Part shown: in pieces, positions 35,691 through 49,619 of the stretch
Position numbering within the stretch: the stretch's first letter is position 1
Layout of the letters: each line of letters starts with the position of its first letter
Assembly (NCBI GenBank): GCA_030390025.1
Contig: CM059431.1
Span: forward strand, 133,674,001 to 133,738,000
DNA length: 64,000 nt
DNA from: Squalus acanthias
Lineage: Eukaryota
Direction: 5' to 3'
Translations under genes and position numbers: made by a program
The notes under the pieces: model-generated
The model's input: the letters and a program-made list of their open reading frames with translations, nothing else
What the model was told of the DNA's origin: nothing
Databases searched by the model: none

Positions 35691-36414
35691 GAACATTAAC
35701 AGGTGCAGAGTGTGCAAGTGGAAGTAGAAGGAGATACATTGAAGTGTGTTTCATTGATTAGAGAGATAAAAAAATGGATGTGGAATGGTTTGTTAGTGCC
35801 AAGGCTACACCAGAGTGGTTAAGGGCTGCATAGATTATTTTTAAAAATGTGAATGAGAATCTTACATTAGCAGCTCTGTTCAGGTCATTGATTGTCTTCT
35901 TACATTGCTGCCAGGTTCATGATGTCAGACTCCTGGCATTCACGCGCTCTATTGCCTCTGTCCACTGTTGCAGGGCTATCTGGCGGGACAGTTTGCCCGT
36001 CTGCAGGAAACAACACCTCTTTCCTCCTGGTCACCTCATCCACCAAGACCTCCACCACACTGTCCGAGAAATGGGTAGCTCAAGTAACAGATATTTTGCT
36101 TGCAGCAGCAGTTCTGCTTTCACCAAAGGCACCATCAATATAAGAGATGCAGGCTGCCAATTACAAGCATGAGAACTGCTGACTATGCAAATGAGGCACA
36201 CTCCACCAAATAAATCCACTTTGCACCCATTTCAGGTGATTGTTGAAGATTTCCCCAGTGCAGTTTTGAATTTGTTTTATTGGACCAAAAAAGGTTGGGA
36301 GGTCATAATGCAAGTCTTTAACTGCTGAGAGGCATAGATAATATAGATATGAGCAGGTTATTTGACTTAGACTGTGAACAGGGAACTGTAGGTTATGGAG
36401 ATACAGAGATCTCT

Positions 36415-36720
36415 GCATTCCTGCAATTCTGGCCTCTTGTGCATCCCTGATTCCATCACCCCACCATTTGCGGCCATGCCTTCAGCTGCCTAGGCCCTAA
36501 GCTCAGGAATTCCCTTCCTAAATTTTTCTGCCTCTCTATCTCTCTCTCCTCCTTTAAGACACTCCTTAAAACCTACCTCTTTGACCAAGTTTTTGGTCAC
36601 CTGTCCTAATATCTCTTTATGTGGCTCGGTGTCAATTTTTGTCTGATAACAGATCTGTGAAGCGCGTTGGGGTGTTTTACTACGTTAAAGCTGCTATAGA
36701 AATGCCAGTTATTATTCTTG
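36415..36720 (+). mobile_element. L2 3' tail
   Basis: Reverse complement of 2570-2860. Confidence 0.8.
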
Positions 36721-37921
36721 CTGTTGTAGGTCACAGACTTAAAATTAGCAACCTCATGTGAGCCTAGGAATTCAAAGAAACCTTGTGATTCTTACAGAGC
36801 AGGGAAGATGTGAAATAGATTACAGCAAAAGTAGTTCATACTGTATCAATTGACACCTACACAAAGGAGCTTGATTAAGTATTTGATTGGGGACTGGATT
36901 GGAAGGGATAGTTGAAGGTACACACTGAAATAATCAAATAATCTCTGGGATGCAATGGTCCCTATATTCATGAGATAGAAGATGTTGTCAGTGGACAATA
37001 GTCGGCCCCAATGAAATAGGGAGTGAGGAAGGATGAATTTTCTGGAGTATTATTTAGTTACTTTTGGCATCTGGGAGTATTGATACAGAACTATCCAATC
37101 AACCAACAAACCAAAACCTCAACTAGAAAATAGGGATATCTGGAAAATAAGAATACAAAATGATTAAATGGAAACAAACACACACACACATGATCTCTGG
37201 CTTCACTTACCTAATAATATCAAATATATTGATTACCAAGAAAAGCTTTTCAACACTCAGTCCAGGAGGTCCTGCAAAATTGTATGGTGCATTCCAGAGC
37301 CTGAATGATACGACTGCAAACTGATCAATGCCATGGCAGCAGCTTCGATACATCGCTTTCAGCACCTCTTCCTTGCTCATATCCAAGAGGCATATTCAAT
37401 AATAGGAGTCAGCAATTTCCCAAATCATTCGTTTATGAAGGTGAATACAAATCTTTTACTATGATATTGCTCAGAAATTGATTCCTGCTTTCTTTTTAAC
37501 TGAGACAATGGCTGATTCCACTTGATAGTTCAATAATTCTATGGTCTAACGTCATCTGAATATTTTGATCTACTTCCTCCTGTTGTTGCAGAGGTAATCC
37601 TCAGTGGTTGATGAACTGGTGTAGTCTCTCAGCTAAGCATTTTTGATATAAAATTCTGTCCATCTAAAGTCTTCCAAAAAGCTGAAGAAAGCAAGTTGGC
37701 ATCTGTGAAGTAGATTTGTCACCTTTGTCAACTGCTGACTATTCAGTTATTGATTACTGCACTGGAACAATTCTAGTTAGTACCCAGACACAGCCAGCAT
37801 TACTTAGGTTTTCTACCCCAGCAGAAGAGAGATTGTCTTCAGTGAATCAAGTGAGCACTGGTAGCATTTGCTGACTTGACACCATTGTTTGAAGTTAGTG
37901 TTGGGCTCAACTGAAAGATTG

Positions 37922-40058
37922 GGGGGGGAAATTCATGTGCACCATGAGAATTGCCGGTGTCACCGGCAGCTCGAGTTAACGACCGCTGAACATGGCCACA
38001 GCGCTACCATTGAAAAATTCGCACTGGGGGTTGGCGATGTGGCGCACAGCGCAATCTTACCGTGCAAAGCCCTCCTGGTGGCATAAATGGAGGCCTCCGA
38101 CCCGAAGTTCCTGTCCACAGTCGGCGTTGCATCTTCTTACAGCCTCTGGGAGCGAGCCTGTGGAGTTCGCAAGGCATTGTGGGCAATTAAAGGGACTATG
38201 AATTAAAGGGGCTATGCATTCAAAACTAATAAAAATTAAAATTAAGTGAAAAAATACATTTTCAGCCCTTACTGCCTTTCAAAAAAAACCATAAACATTA
38301 AAAATAATTCCCAAATTGGAGTCTTCAGTTCTTAAAGCTGAATTGTTTTCCACATCTAAAAAAATGGGATAAGTGCTTCAGCACTAACACAAATGGCTCA
38401 GCAAGCCAGGGAAGGGGCACCCAGGGTCTCACACGCAGCACTCCAGCTTTGTGCAAGGGGTCAACACTGCAAGAAAAGTCCTCTACCCACAGGGGGCAGG
38501 AGGCCCTCCAGAAAGAACGATGTGGGACCAGATCACATGAATGCATCTTCAAAAGCCATCTCCTACCAACTGCACCACTAGCCTCAGACACTCCTCAATG
38601 CACGACAACCCCTCACCCCACACCACCACCCCCCCCCCCCACACACACCCACAATCACTTACCTACCAACAATCTGCACCAATCACAAGGCACATCTCCC
38701 ATTCCTAGCCTCACCTCATCCCCTTGGAGGAGACGGTGCAGGCCATTCTTGGCAGGGCCATGGTTGAGCCCTTGGCCAACAGCGGGGCTGAAAGGATATA
38801 AGATGCTGGTATCCTCATATGTTATCCTCCTTCTCGCATACACCTCTTGCTCTTCCGCCCTCCCCTCACCACAACTCCACCCTTGTGCCATCCTCATTTC
38901 ACACACCCAAGAAATGCAGCCTGCCCAGCCAGTGGTTGGCCAAGAAGAGGGAGAGGAGAGTGAAGAAGAAAAAGAACAAGATTAATTTGACACTCCCAGC
39001 CACCAGCTCCTTAAAGTCATCCAGCAAGGCCATTTGCAATGCCCCTACTGAAAGTCAGCAGTCTTCCACCAGCCATGCTGCAGCCACTGGGGTAGCACAG
39101 CGTGACATCAGTAGGATAGGCAAAGGCACACACAGGACAGTCACTAAGGGAATGATTTTTTGATGTCATCTTAGATGGATGGATAGATGTATAAAGTTGG
39201 ATTGGAAAGTTTGCTTTGTTGTGGCTTTTATTTCAACATTGTGGCTTAGAGGACGCTGTGATGGTCAGTAACTGAGGGAAGGTAAGGTGTGGGACAAATG
39301 TTGAAAGTGGAATTGGGCTTGTGGTCACTGGTACCACAGGTGGATGATTCCATCCCGGACATCTGGCCAGAAAGAGGCTGTCTGGGTTGCATCCTTCCTT
39401 CTGCTTCCTCCTCATCTGCTTCCTCCTCTTCAGCTTCCTCCTCCTTGGCTTCTTCCTCTTCTGTTTCTTTCTCTTCCCATGGTGAGCAGATGCTGTAAAT
39501 CTGAAATGACAACATAAAATGCTGGAAATACTCAGCTGATCAGGCAGCATCTCGACCTGAGACGTGAACTCTGTTTCTTGTTCCACGGACCTGCTAAGTA
39601 TTTGCAGCTTTTTCTGTCTTCTCAGAGGCCTTCCTTTACCATCTGAGGCCATGGAAGCATCCAGCAGCACTCCCTACACACTTAAAAAACTTTTAACATC
39701 TATTGCAGCAGCCTTCTACTTCAATAAAATTTAAAAAAACCCAGTCCAAAAGCTTAAATGAAAACTTACCTGAAAGATGTGTATGTCCCTTTAAGAGGTG
39801 CTGACAGCGTCTGTAAATCTACTTGCACGCTAGGTTTACCTACTTAGCGCTAAGGTTGAAGTTCACAGTGCTGACGTTAAGTTGGTGTGCACATCACCAT
39901 GCCGCCAGTTTTTTTTCAGGGCTCTACTTCGGAACGGCAATGCTACTGGGAGGTCGAAAATGGCAGACGCTGCGGGACCCGTCACCAGCTGGCGGAAGAC
40001 TGGCAGCCGCCACTTTCTTCACTTAGCACCACGCTAACGGGTAGGGAATTTCTCCCCC
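37922..40058. mobile_element. Internally deleted Harbinger-type element
   Basis: TIRs GGGGGGGAAATTC / GAATTTCTCCCCC; acidic transposase-like C-terminus on the minus strand at ~39330-39485. Confidence 0.65.
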
Positions 40059-40439
40059 TAAGTTTCTACAGAAGCACCTCTCCCTTGAATAGTGACAACA
40101 TTGCTGGTAATAAGCACCAGCTGTCATACAAAAAGTGCCTTTCTGGTTCTACAAGGGATACCTAATACGCATTCAGCCAGAAACAATGGCTTCATTCTTC
40201 AAGGATGGCTGCAAATGCATCCATTTCTTTTACAGTCTACATTCCCCCCAAGAAGAATAAGTTGGAATACATCATTTGGCCTGATTTAACTACAGAAGTC
40301 CAGTGCTGGTAATATATCAAGCTTGACATCTGCTATCCAAATTCAGAGTTCAGCTTTCAGTCTTTCCACCTTCTAATGTAAGCAGCCTATTCCCTCGGTA
40401 GGTCACAGGAGCTCACCATCTCCTCCTCCCCCTACATGT

Positions 40440-40876
40440 GGGCAACACGGTGGCATAGTGGTTAGCACTGGTGCCTCACAGCGCCAGAGACCCGGGTTCG
40501 AATCTGACCTCGGGTGACTGTCTGTGTGGAGTTTGCACATTCTCCCCGTGTCTGCGTGGGTTTCCTCCGGGTGCTCCGGTTTCCTCCCACAGTCCAAAAA
40601 TGTGTGGGTTAGGTTGATTTGGCTATGATAAATTGACCCTTAGTGTTAGGGGGGATTAAATATGTGGGGTTATGGGGATAGGATGGGATATGTTAGGGGG
40701 AATTAAATACGTGGGGTTACGGGGGTAGGGTGGGATATGTGTACTGTGGGGATTAAAGCAGGGACAGGGTACTGGATTTGGATGATCAGCCATGATCGTA
40801 TTGAATGGCGGAGCAGGCTCGACGGGCCGAATGGCCTACTCCTGCTCCTAGATTCTATGTTTCTATGTTTCTATGT
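40440..40876 (+). mobile_element. HE1-type V-SINE with CR1-derived tail
   Basis: A box TGGCATAGTGG, B box GGTTCGAATC; V-domain GTGTGGAGTTTGCACATTCTCCCCGTGTCTGCGTGGGTTTCCTCCGG; tail shared with the CR1 end at 60040-60127; TTCTATGT repeats. Confidence 0.9.
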
Positions 40877-41223
40877 GTGTCGATAAAGGACTGAACTAAC
40901 ATCAACCATATTAATTTCATTGTACCATTCCTAGATTTAAACACATTGTAGAGATAGTATTGTAGACAGAAATGAATTGACTCTTCCCCAGATTACTTGG
41001 TGTTTATGTTCAATGCTCATTAAAAATACTAGAAAAAGTTAGCTATTAACTGACCCTGGACACTTACTTTTTTTCATATTCACAAGGCATCTTCTCAGAA
41101 ATGATATGATACAATATATAAAACAAACTGAAATAAGGTTTATAGTAATTAGGCAGATAGCAGGATATTTTAATGGCACAGTGACTGGTAGTATAGCATC
41201 AATTTTGAGAAAATGGACATCTG

Positions 41224-42115
41224 GGGGGAAAAATTCAGTTGGTTGCGCCTCCCGTTAGCGCCTTAAGAGGGCGCTAATGGGGCGCAAAGCAACTAGCGCC
41301 CGGGCGCGGCAATGTTTGCGCCGCTCGCAAAATTAACTAGACATTTTGCGGCGGCGCTAAACACTACCACCACGATCTCCTGCGCCGGCAGATCGTGACA
41401 TCAGTCGAGTACGCAACGCCCCGGTAGCACCCTGGAGCGGATATTGAGTGGCACCCCCTGCGTTACCGCCTGCCGCTAGCAACGACAGGTTGAGGGGAGC
41501 GTTTTGCAGTCAGGAAGGGACTGGGGGAGCGCTATTTAAAGGCGACCGCTTCCTGCCTTTTATTGTTGGGGACATTTTTGAACCACGGATTCTGAGAGAG
41601 AGAGAGAGAGACTTCTGGAGAGATTCAATGCTGTGTGAAGGAGTTTTGGGTACTGAGCAGCACTTTGCAGGTTCATTTTGATTTGCCCTTCCTTGTATCG
41701 ATTTAGAAGAGACTTTGGGGGCTGCACTCTGAGCTCTTTCCCTGGCCTCTCCATTGTTCTTTCCAGCAGATTTGATGTACAGGTCTCTCCAGGCTGAGAT
41801 TCAAGGCTGCAATGAGCAGGATGTGGATGGAAAGCAAAATCAACCCTCCCCTTTAAGAACTGGCCGGCGCCATTGTGTGTGTGTTCCATTGCTGACTGAC
41901 ATCACATGAGCTTTGCCAGCGCTCTGAGGTAGCGCCTCGCTCCTCGGCCTTTGCGCCTTAAGACAGGTGTGAAGCGCCTGATTTAGCGCTCTAATCACCT
42001 CCAGGGTCGATAAAAGTCAAGTTTGCAGTCGGAGGCGATAATTAGCGCCAGGCGCTAATCTTTGCACCCGGCCGATAATTGCGCCACAAATGGCGCGATA
42101 CTGAATTTCTCCCCC
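41224..42115. mobile_element. Harbinger-type MITE (copy 2 of 15240-16120)
   Basis: Same TIRs and collinear body; flanks CTG/TTG. Confidence 0.92.
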
Positions 42116-42754
42116 TTGGACTTTGCTTCAGACAAAACAATAGCTGAGTGAAAATTTGTGCATTTTACATACTTCTATGTTGTTTATTAATTATTTATAG
42201 TCTAAAAGCAGTTTTCAACAGAACTAAAGTATCATAGATTGTAGAAAAGCTTAAAGTTTAATGAGTGCAAAACATTGTAGAGATATAATAATTCAACAAA
42301 TGCATTACAGAAATAAGCTACTACTTATAAAAAATCTTAGACACTAAGAAAAAGTCTGAACTATATTGTGTTACATAAGAAACCTCATTAATTATGAAAA
42401 TGCTAACCAATACATGTTCGCTAAATTTAAATTATATGTAGCAATTTCATTTTTCATTCGCCACTCAAACTTACATTTTATGGAGCCATCTGAATACCTC
42501 AATTGAATGATAGCTTTGGATCTTCAAAGAGCATAAAGAAATCCAAATGGGCTTAACCCAGGTGAATCCCTAATACAGTATTGCCAGATACTTACTTCAT
42601 TTCCTTCACCAGCTTCACATGTTAATGGTCAAAGGAGAATCTAAAGGAAAAGCTTACATTCATTCCTCCCACATTCTTTTTAATAGATATTCCTCAGGTT
42701 CTGAATTTAGTCCTCTCTTGTGGATAAGCACTTTTTTCTGCTTTTTACATGGAG

Positions 42755-43927
42755 CCACTAGAATGGACTTCAAACGGCGTTTGATAAAGTGTCACAAAAT
42801 AGGCTTGCCAGCAAAGTTGAAGCCCATGGAATAAAAGGGACAGTGGCAGCATGGATACGAAATTGGCTAAGTGACAGGAAACAGAGAGTAGTGGTGAACG
42901 GTTATTTATCAGACTGGAGGAAGGTACACAGTGGGGTTCCCCAGGGGTCGGTACTAGGACCACTGATATATATTAATAACATAGGCGTGGGTGTATAGGG
43001 CACAATTTCAAAATTTCCAGATGACACAAAACTTGGAAGTATAGTGAATAGTGAAGAGGATAGTGAATAGTGAAGAGGATAGTGATAGACTTCAAGAGGA
43101 CATAGACAGGCTGGTGGAATGGGCGGACACGTGGCAGATGAAATTTCACGCAGAAAAGTGCGAAGTGATACATTTTGGTAGGAAGAACGAGGAGATGCAA
43201 TATAAACTAAAGGGTACAGTTCTAAAGGGGGTGCTTGAACAGAGAGACCTGGGGGTATATGTACACAAATCATTGAAGGTGGCAGGGCAGGTTAAGAAAG
43301 CGATTAAAAAAGCATATGGGACCCTGGGCTTCGAGTACAAAAGCAAGAAATTTATGATGAACCTTTATAAAACATTGGTTCGGTCTCAACTGGAGTATTG
43401 TGTCCAATTCTGGGCACCGCACTTTAGGAAGGATGTAAAGGCCTTAGAGAGGGTGTAGAAAAGATTTACAAGAATGGTTCCAGGGATGAGGGACTTCAGT
43501 TATGTGGATAGACTAGAGAAGCTGAGGTTGTTCTCCTTAGAGCAGAGAAGGTTGAGAGGAGATTTGATAGAGGTGTTCAAAATCATGAAGGGTCTAAACA
43601 GAGTAGGTAGAGATTGGTGGAAGGGTCAAGGACCAGAGGACACAGATTTAAGGTGATTGGCAGAAGAACAAAAGGCGACATGAGGGAAAACTTTTTTACG
43701 CAGCGAGTGGTTAGGATCTGGAATTCACAGTCTGAAAGGGTGATGGAGGTAAATTCAATTATGGTTTTCAAAAGGGAATTGGATAAGTACCTGAAGGAAA
43801 AAAATTTGCAGGGCTATGGGGAAAGGGCGGGTGAGTGGGACTAGCTAAAGTGCTCTTGCAGAGAGCCGGCACGGGCTCGATGGGCCAAATGGCCTCCCTC
43901 TGTGCTGTAATCATTCTATGATTCTAT
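42755..43927 (+). mobile_element. CR1 3' portion
   Basis: GVPQGSVLGP, WQMKF, QLEYCVQFWAP; the TTCTATGA tail continues at 45888 after a nested element. Confidence 0.9.
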
Positions 43928-45887
43928 GGCCGGAATTTTGCCAGTGCGCAGAGTGTGGGCTTGGAGGCGGGTCAGCTGTCAAAATAGCAAAGATTGACAG
44001 CGGGTAGGAAACCTGCTGTCAACCCGCCTCCACACGAGTCTCCCAGATGTCGGGTCTGTCAGCGGAGAACTGACCCGACACCAAGAGGCGGGGGATACGA
44101 TTGAGCTCATTAAATGGCTTGTTAACAGCCAATTTAATGGTATTTTGAGGCTTCCTTCCAATTTTACGTGCTCCCCCACGGGTTACCCACTGCTCGGGGA
44201 ACACGCCAGCTCACCCTGTCGTGAGTTGAGTCTGCTTTGATGTATCTGATAAGCTGACAGCTGCAGAAGTGGTGTAAAGGATGCAATGTTGCAGATGGTC
44301 AGTTTCAGAGCACAGAAAATGTTGGTTACTGCATTTGTAATACATATAGAGATTTCTTTAGCTTGCAAGTGTTTAGAGCCAACTGTATGTCCAGTGCCAC
44401 CTCATTGGAACAACCTCTCTCACCATTGACAGATCGCTTCTGTCACCTCACCTGCAGCTGCCATCTATTGCAGCAACACGGTGCCCTTGAAAAAATCAGA
44501 CCTTTGCCCTCTGAATCCTGAGCCTTCAGGACTTGAAAGACACTTTTGAGCTGTATGCAGTTTGGAAGTGTTTGGAGTAAACTCTCTATCCACTGTCACC
44601 TCCTTGGAGCAAGCTCTCTCACCATTGACAGATCGCTTCTGTCATCTCTACTTCAGCTGCCATCTATTCCAGCAACATTGGTGCCCTTGTAAAAATCTCA
44701 CCTTGGTCCTCTGAATCCCTCCACGATCAGCCCCAACACCAACATCACCAACAACAATACCAACCTTCTCCGCAATCACCTGATGCTGCACTGGACACAG
44801 GGCATCAGCCCCTGACAACATTGCTGCCCGGGAGGCCAGCGATGGCATCACCATGGCCAGATTTACTTCACTTGATGCTGTAAACACTGGCTGCCACATG
44901 ATGCGCCAGGTTGACACCATCCCACACCAGCACCGTAAAGCATCCCTATAATGTCCAAGCCATTCCATTCACACTCATCACTATAGCGGGAGGGGGGGGA
45001 GAGAGTTATGTCTCAACATTCACTGGAACTCAGTAAGACACTTCTCAAGCTGCGCACAGATCTGTCCAATAAGGGAGCAGTGTTAAAACTATAGATTTCA
45101 CTGTATGACAACACATTAGCAGAAACTTCACATGGACATTGGCTAAACCTCTCAAGTGCCTACCCTTGCGTGTTGTTAGTTGGTATGCTTGCAGTAGGAT
45201 GAGGGTGAGTGTGAGGGGTGGCTAGTGAGATGGGGAAGTGATAATGTAGATAGAGAGGGTGGGTAAAGGTGCAAGGTAAGTTGGTGTGAGTAAGGATGTG
45301 CAGGAGAAGGGTATGGAAGGCAGAGTAATGGGGATGTGTTGAGTGGCACAGCAGGGTGAGTTTGAGTGTGACTTTGCAGTAACGTTTCGTCATCCACTGA
45401 GATCATTGAAAGGTTGACGCCACTGCAGCCAGGGACCCCTGACAACATCCCTGCTTTTGCCCTCCTCTGCAATATTGGTGTCCTGGGGAGGTCTCTTCCG
45501 CCCTTGGAAGGGAAAAGAACTTCCCTGCGTGCTGTGACTCCTTCCATAAGCATATGGAGGGAGTCATTGGAGAGCCTGGGTGCAAGCGTCCACCTTTGTG
45601 CAATGTTTGTCAGTGTTTGCAGCACTCAATGCTGTGAAACACTGACAGAACAACTGTCAAACTCAATGTGGCCATGGTCCCTTTAAGGAAACCGGCTGAT
45701 GACGTGTCATCAAATGACGTCATTGGACCCGCTTCCTGTTAATTGGCCGGGAAGCCCGCAGGGCAGGCTTAACAGGGCCAATCAAGGGAAAATCCCTTTG
45801 ACAGAGCGGCTGCAACCGGGAGCGGGACCGGAACCCGGCAACCTGCTCTCCCGCCACTATCCCGACACCGCTGAGAAAATCCAGCAC
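43928..45887. mobile_element. Harbinger-type element with Myb/SANT remnant (-, ~45380-45605)
   Basis: Ends GGCCGGAATTTT / AAAATCCAGCAC; TSD TAT/TAT inside a CR1 tail; APRLSNDSLHMLMEGVTARREVLFP; internal ~104-bp duplication at 44415 and 44614. Confidence 0.8.
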
Positions 45888-45984
45888 TATGATTCTATAC
45901 TAGGAAAATGGTACATCTAAGGGCCAGAGGATTTACATCTAGAAATAGTATTTTATAGGTAAGCAAAATGGCTGATATTGACCT

Positions 45985-46275
45985 GTACCCTAACCTCGGT
46001 GATCGGTAAATTATTGAAAAAAATTCTGAGGGACAGTATTAATTATCATTTAGAAATGCACAGATTAATCAAGGACAATCAGCATGGATTTGTTAAGGGA
46101 AGGTCATGTCAGAGGAGGTAACAATGAGGGTCGATGAGGGTAGTGCGCTTGATGTAATCTACATGGATTTTGACAATGTCCCACATGGCAGGTTGGTCAG
46201 TAAAGTAAAAGCACATGGGATCCAAGGGATAGTGGCAAGTTGGATCGAAAATTGGCTCAGTGGCATGAAGCAGGT
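45985..46275 (+). mobile_element. CR1 RT fragment
   Basis: QHGFVKG and DVIYMDF..VPH motifs. Confidence 0.8.
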
Positions 46276-46759
46276 AAGAGGAGGTAAATGCATTTACAGC
46301 ACTTCTTGTGGGCCAGGAGGAGCAGGAGTTTTTATTCCAAACCCAACAAGCTTATCTGCTTCCCTTCCCTTCCCGTGATCGCCAACTCCTGCCAATCTCC
46401 CCCCATGATCACCTCTATACTCTCCCCTTCCCCACAATCTCTCTCCCCACCATGATCTGCCCACCCAACCATGATCTCTCCCCCTACCATTATGATCCCT
46501 CCCCCTGACCACGAGCCCCCTCTCGACCACAAGCACCGCCTCAACCAAGATCTCTCCCCTTGACTACAATCTCTCCCACCCGACCATGAGCCATCCCTTG
46601 GCCACAATTTCTTCCCACCCAACCATAATCCCTCCCTCCCTACCTGCTCACTGCTCCTTCGCTGCAGCCTTGTGCCACAGGCTTTCCCGCCCAATGGGCT
46701 GACTGTGAATTTCTGCAGGATGTCCAGGAATCCCGTACTTCCGTTTTTTTTGAGGGGCC

Positions 46760-46916
46760 TCTCATCTGAAAGACAGCACCTCCAACAGTGCAGCACTCCC
46801 TCAGTACTGCACTGGAGTGCCAGCCTAGATTTTTGTGCTCAAGTCCCTGGAATGGGACTTAGAACCCACTACCTTCTGACTTAGGGGCGAGGGTGCTATC
46901 AACTGAGCCACGGTTG
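46760..46916 (-). mobile_element. DeuSINE 5' part
   Basis: Matches 10105-10260. Confidence 0.8.
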
Positions 46917-48644
46917 ACACCAATGTATATAAACAGCATTGTATGTAAACAGCATTGTATATAAAATTCAGCCTAAACCCAGAAGAGCAGTGGCAGGACG
47001 GGTTCGAAGTTTTTCCTGATTAGGGGCCGCTGCAAAATATAGGGCATCATAAAATGCACTTGTGTAGCTCTTCATGTACTCACTATCAATCCTGAGGCAG
47101 AGGCGTACACAGGTAGGAAGGACTGTTATTCTACTAATTTCGGTAACACTGACAGGAAAATTTTACATGGGAAAGATTATTTCCCAGAGAGAACTCATAA
47201 TTCTTAAATTCTGAAGAAAATCCCCTTTTGAAAGTGAAAAGAGAATGGCCGATTGGTTCCTTGGGTATATGGGCTGAGCATTGCAACCACAGTTGATGAC
47301 ACCACTACCACAATCTTAATATAGGATCACAAAATAGATATTGTATGCATATGTGCATAGAAGAACATCAATAGGGCACACTATTGGTATTCCGAGGCAA
47401 CAGTTTCAATGCCTAGACCAATATGGACCAGAGACGGTCTATAATATAATTGTTGTATGCTGCACATTGTGTAGCATTGTGATCAACAAAGACCTCAACA
47501 TGCATTTGAATGAACAGTCGCTGAAAGCCATGGCCAAGGACCAAGAGCTGGCAGGCAGAGAGTTGCAAAAATAATTGATTGCCTCTTTCTTTCAAGAAGC
47601 TGTGGCTTTGGGCACAACTAATTTATAGTTGTGTACAGATTGCAAAACAATGTTAGCTTATGTGATCTTTTGTTGAATTGTATTTATACTTAAAGCATAA
47701 TGTGGTTTAAAGTGACTAAACTTAATTTCCTTAATTAATCTCTGTACATACGTACGCTACTTGTTTAGTGTGGTTGTCTATTGTGGTGCCCTGCAGTGAT
47801 GCATGCACATCCAAGTAAAAATAACTGATGGTGTCTACTGTTGAGTGATCCCTAGTGGGTGTAAAACGAGTGATGGGGAAATGGAAGCAAATCATGGAAA
47901 AGGCCGACTACTTCTATCTGTGACAATATCTGATGGATCAGCATCAATGCAAGCTGTATTCATAGCTGCTGCCACTGTGAGCTGTATGCTTTCACAGGTA
48001 CAGGTTCCTGTTATTTGGGTATGGGTTTGCACTTGCTCAGAACTGTCACTTGCTTGAGTGTCAGATTTGCTCTCACTGCACCCATAGGTACTTGGGGAGG
48101 TCATAACTTTCCAGGGTCCAAAGGTCAGTGTGAGCACAGAAATTTGACCAGCAAGATGTTTTAGCTACTTCTCCTTTGTGCATGTATAAAAATTTGCTCG
48201 TTCAAAAAACACGCAACCCGACTACTCTGAATAGGAGCTGCTATTTCCCGCAATAGTCAATCTCAATAAATGTAACACACTTTGCCTGCCATAGCTCATC
48301 TCCAGAATTAATTTTGTATTCTTGTGGCGGTCACTGAGATACAATTTCAGTGTGTCATATAACTACTACAAGCTCTTTTAATGCACTGTTTGCCATTGCT
48401 TTTGGGCTAGTGTATAAGAGACTTTGGGTTAGATTTTCAACCTGCCATCCAGGCGTAAAACTGGCACTGCGGATCAGCTGCCTGTCATAGAAACACTAGA
48501 TTTTTATTTCCATTGAAATCACATCTTAATTTTCTCCTCAAGTTACACTCCTCATAATATTATAGCATAGTACCATCCTACTTCTAACTGAATAATACAT
48601 TTCATCACTGAGAACTTAGATGCTTGTGTTGCTTTGTTTGTGAC

Positions 48645-49435
48645 CAGAGGTGCATTTTGGAAGGAGGAATAAAGAGGCCACAGACTCCTTGGAAAATAAG
48701 AATCTAAATGGGGTAGAGGAGCAAGGGAATCTAGGGGTACACATTCTCAAATTATTAAAAGTAGCAATGCAAGTTAACAAAGGCATAAAAATTCCAAACA
48801 AAGCACTGGGGTTCACTGCTAGAGGAATAGAATTGAAAAGCAGGTACATTATGATAAACTTGTATAGAACCTTAGTTAGATCATACGTGGAGTACTGTGT
48901 ACAGTTCTGGTTTCCATATTACAAAAAGGATATAGAGGCACTGGTGAAGGCTCAAAAAAGATTTACTGGAATGATACCAGAACTGAAAGGTTATTCATAT
49001 CAGGAAAGATTGAACAGGCTGGGGCTCTTTTCTCTCGAAAGAGAAGGCTGAGGGGTGACCGAAAGGAGGTCTTTAAAATTATGAAGGGATTTGATAGGGT
49101 AGATGTAGAGAAGACGTTTCCACTTGTGAGAGAGTCCAAATCTAGGACCATAAATATAACATATTCACTAATAAATCCAATAATAAATTGAGGAGAAACT
49201 TCTTTACCCAGAGAGTGGTTAGAATGTGGAACTTTCAACCGCATGGAGTAGTTGAGGCGAAGAGCATAGATGCCTTTAAGGGGAAGCTAGATAAGTACAT
49301 GAGGGAGAAAGGAATAGAAAGATATGCAGATAGGGTTAGATGAAGAAGGGAGGGAGGAGGCTCGTGTGGAGCATAAACTCCAGCACAGACTAGTTGGGCC
49401 AAATGGTCTGTTTCTGTGCTGTAAATTCTATGTAG
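48645..49435 (+). mobile_element. CR1 3' portion
   Basis: HFGRRN, LVRSYVEYCVQFWFP and CR1 tail. Confidence 0.88.
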
Positions 49436-49619
49436 AACATTGGGCAGGATCATCCAGGTTACAGTCTAAAAGATTGTGCACACAGCTTTTAGGCCAGTTT
49501 TAAACAATAGAAAATCTGTCTACCAATCTTTGTCATAGCAGTCAGCATCGAAATTCTGCTGCCAGAAAAATAAGACATTCGTTCAAAATTCACTTGTAAT
49601 ACTGTAATTGGAAATACTT

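Larger units (their letters stand above)
32270..36256. mobile_element. Harbinger family 2, copy A: transposase 5' remnant (+, ~32425-32860) and Myb/SANT gene (-, exon 1 ~35862-36085, exon 2 ~33300-33660)
   Basis: EQCVRRFSFSRE...KVTMAL / NLYASGSFQAAVGDISSISQS; minus strand FSDSVVEVLVDEVTRRKEVLFP; collinear, inverted, with 56400-61250. Confidence 0.75.

Noticed and set aside
39246..39515. Acidic Glu-rich protein gene
   Set aside because: Better explained as a Harbinger transposase C-terminus fused to an inserted repeat.
40440..40515. tRNA gene (also 10190-10260 and 46850-46915)
   Set aside because: A/B boxes run straight into SINE bodies; these are SINE heads.
46921..46964. 16-bp repeats as a CRISPR-like array
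   Set aside because: Under three tandem units with no spacers; a simple local duplication in a vertebrate genome.
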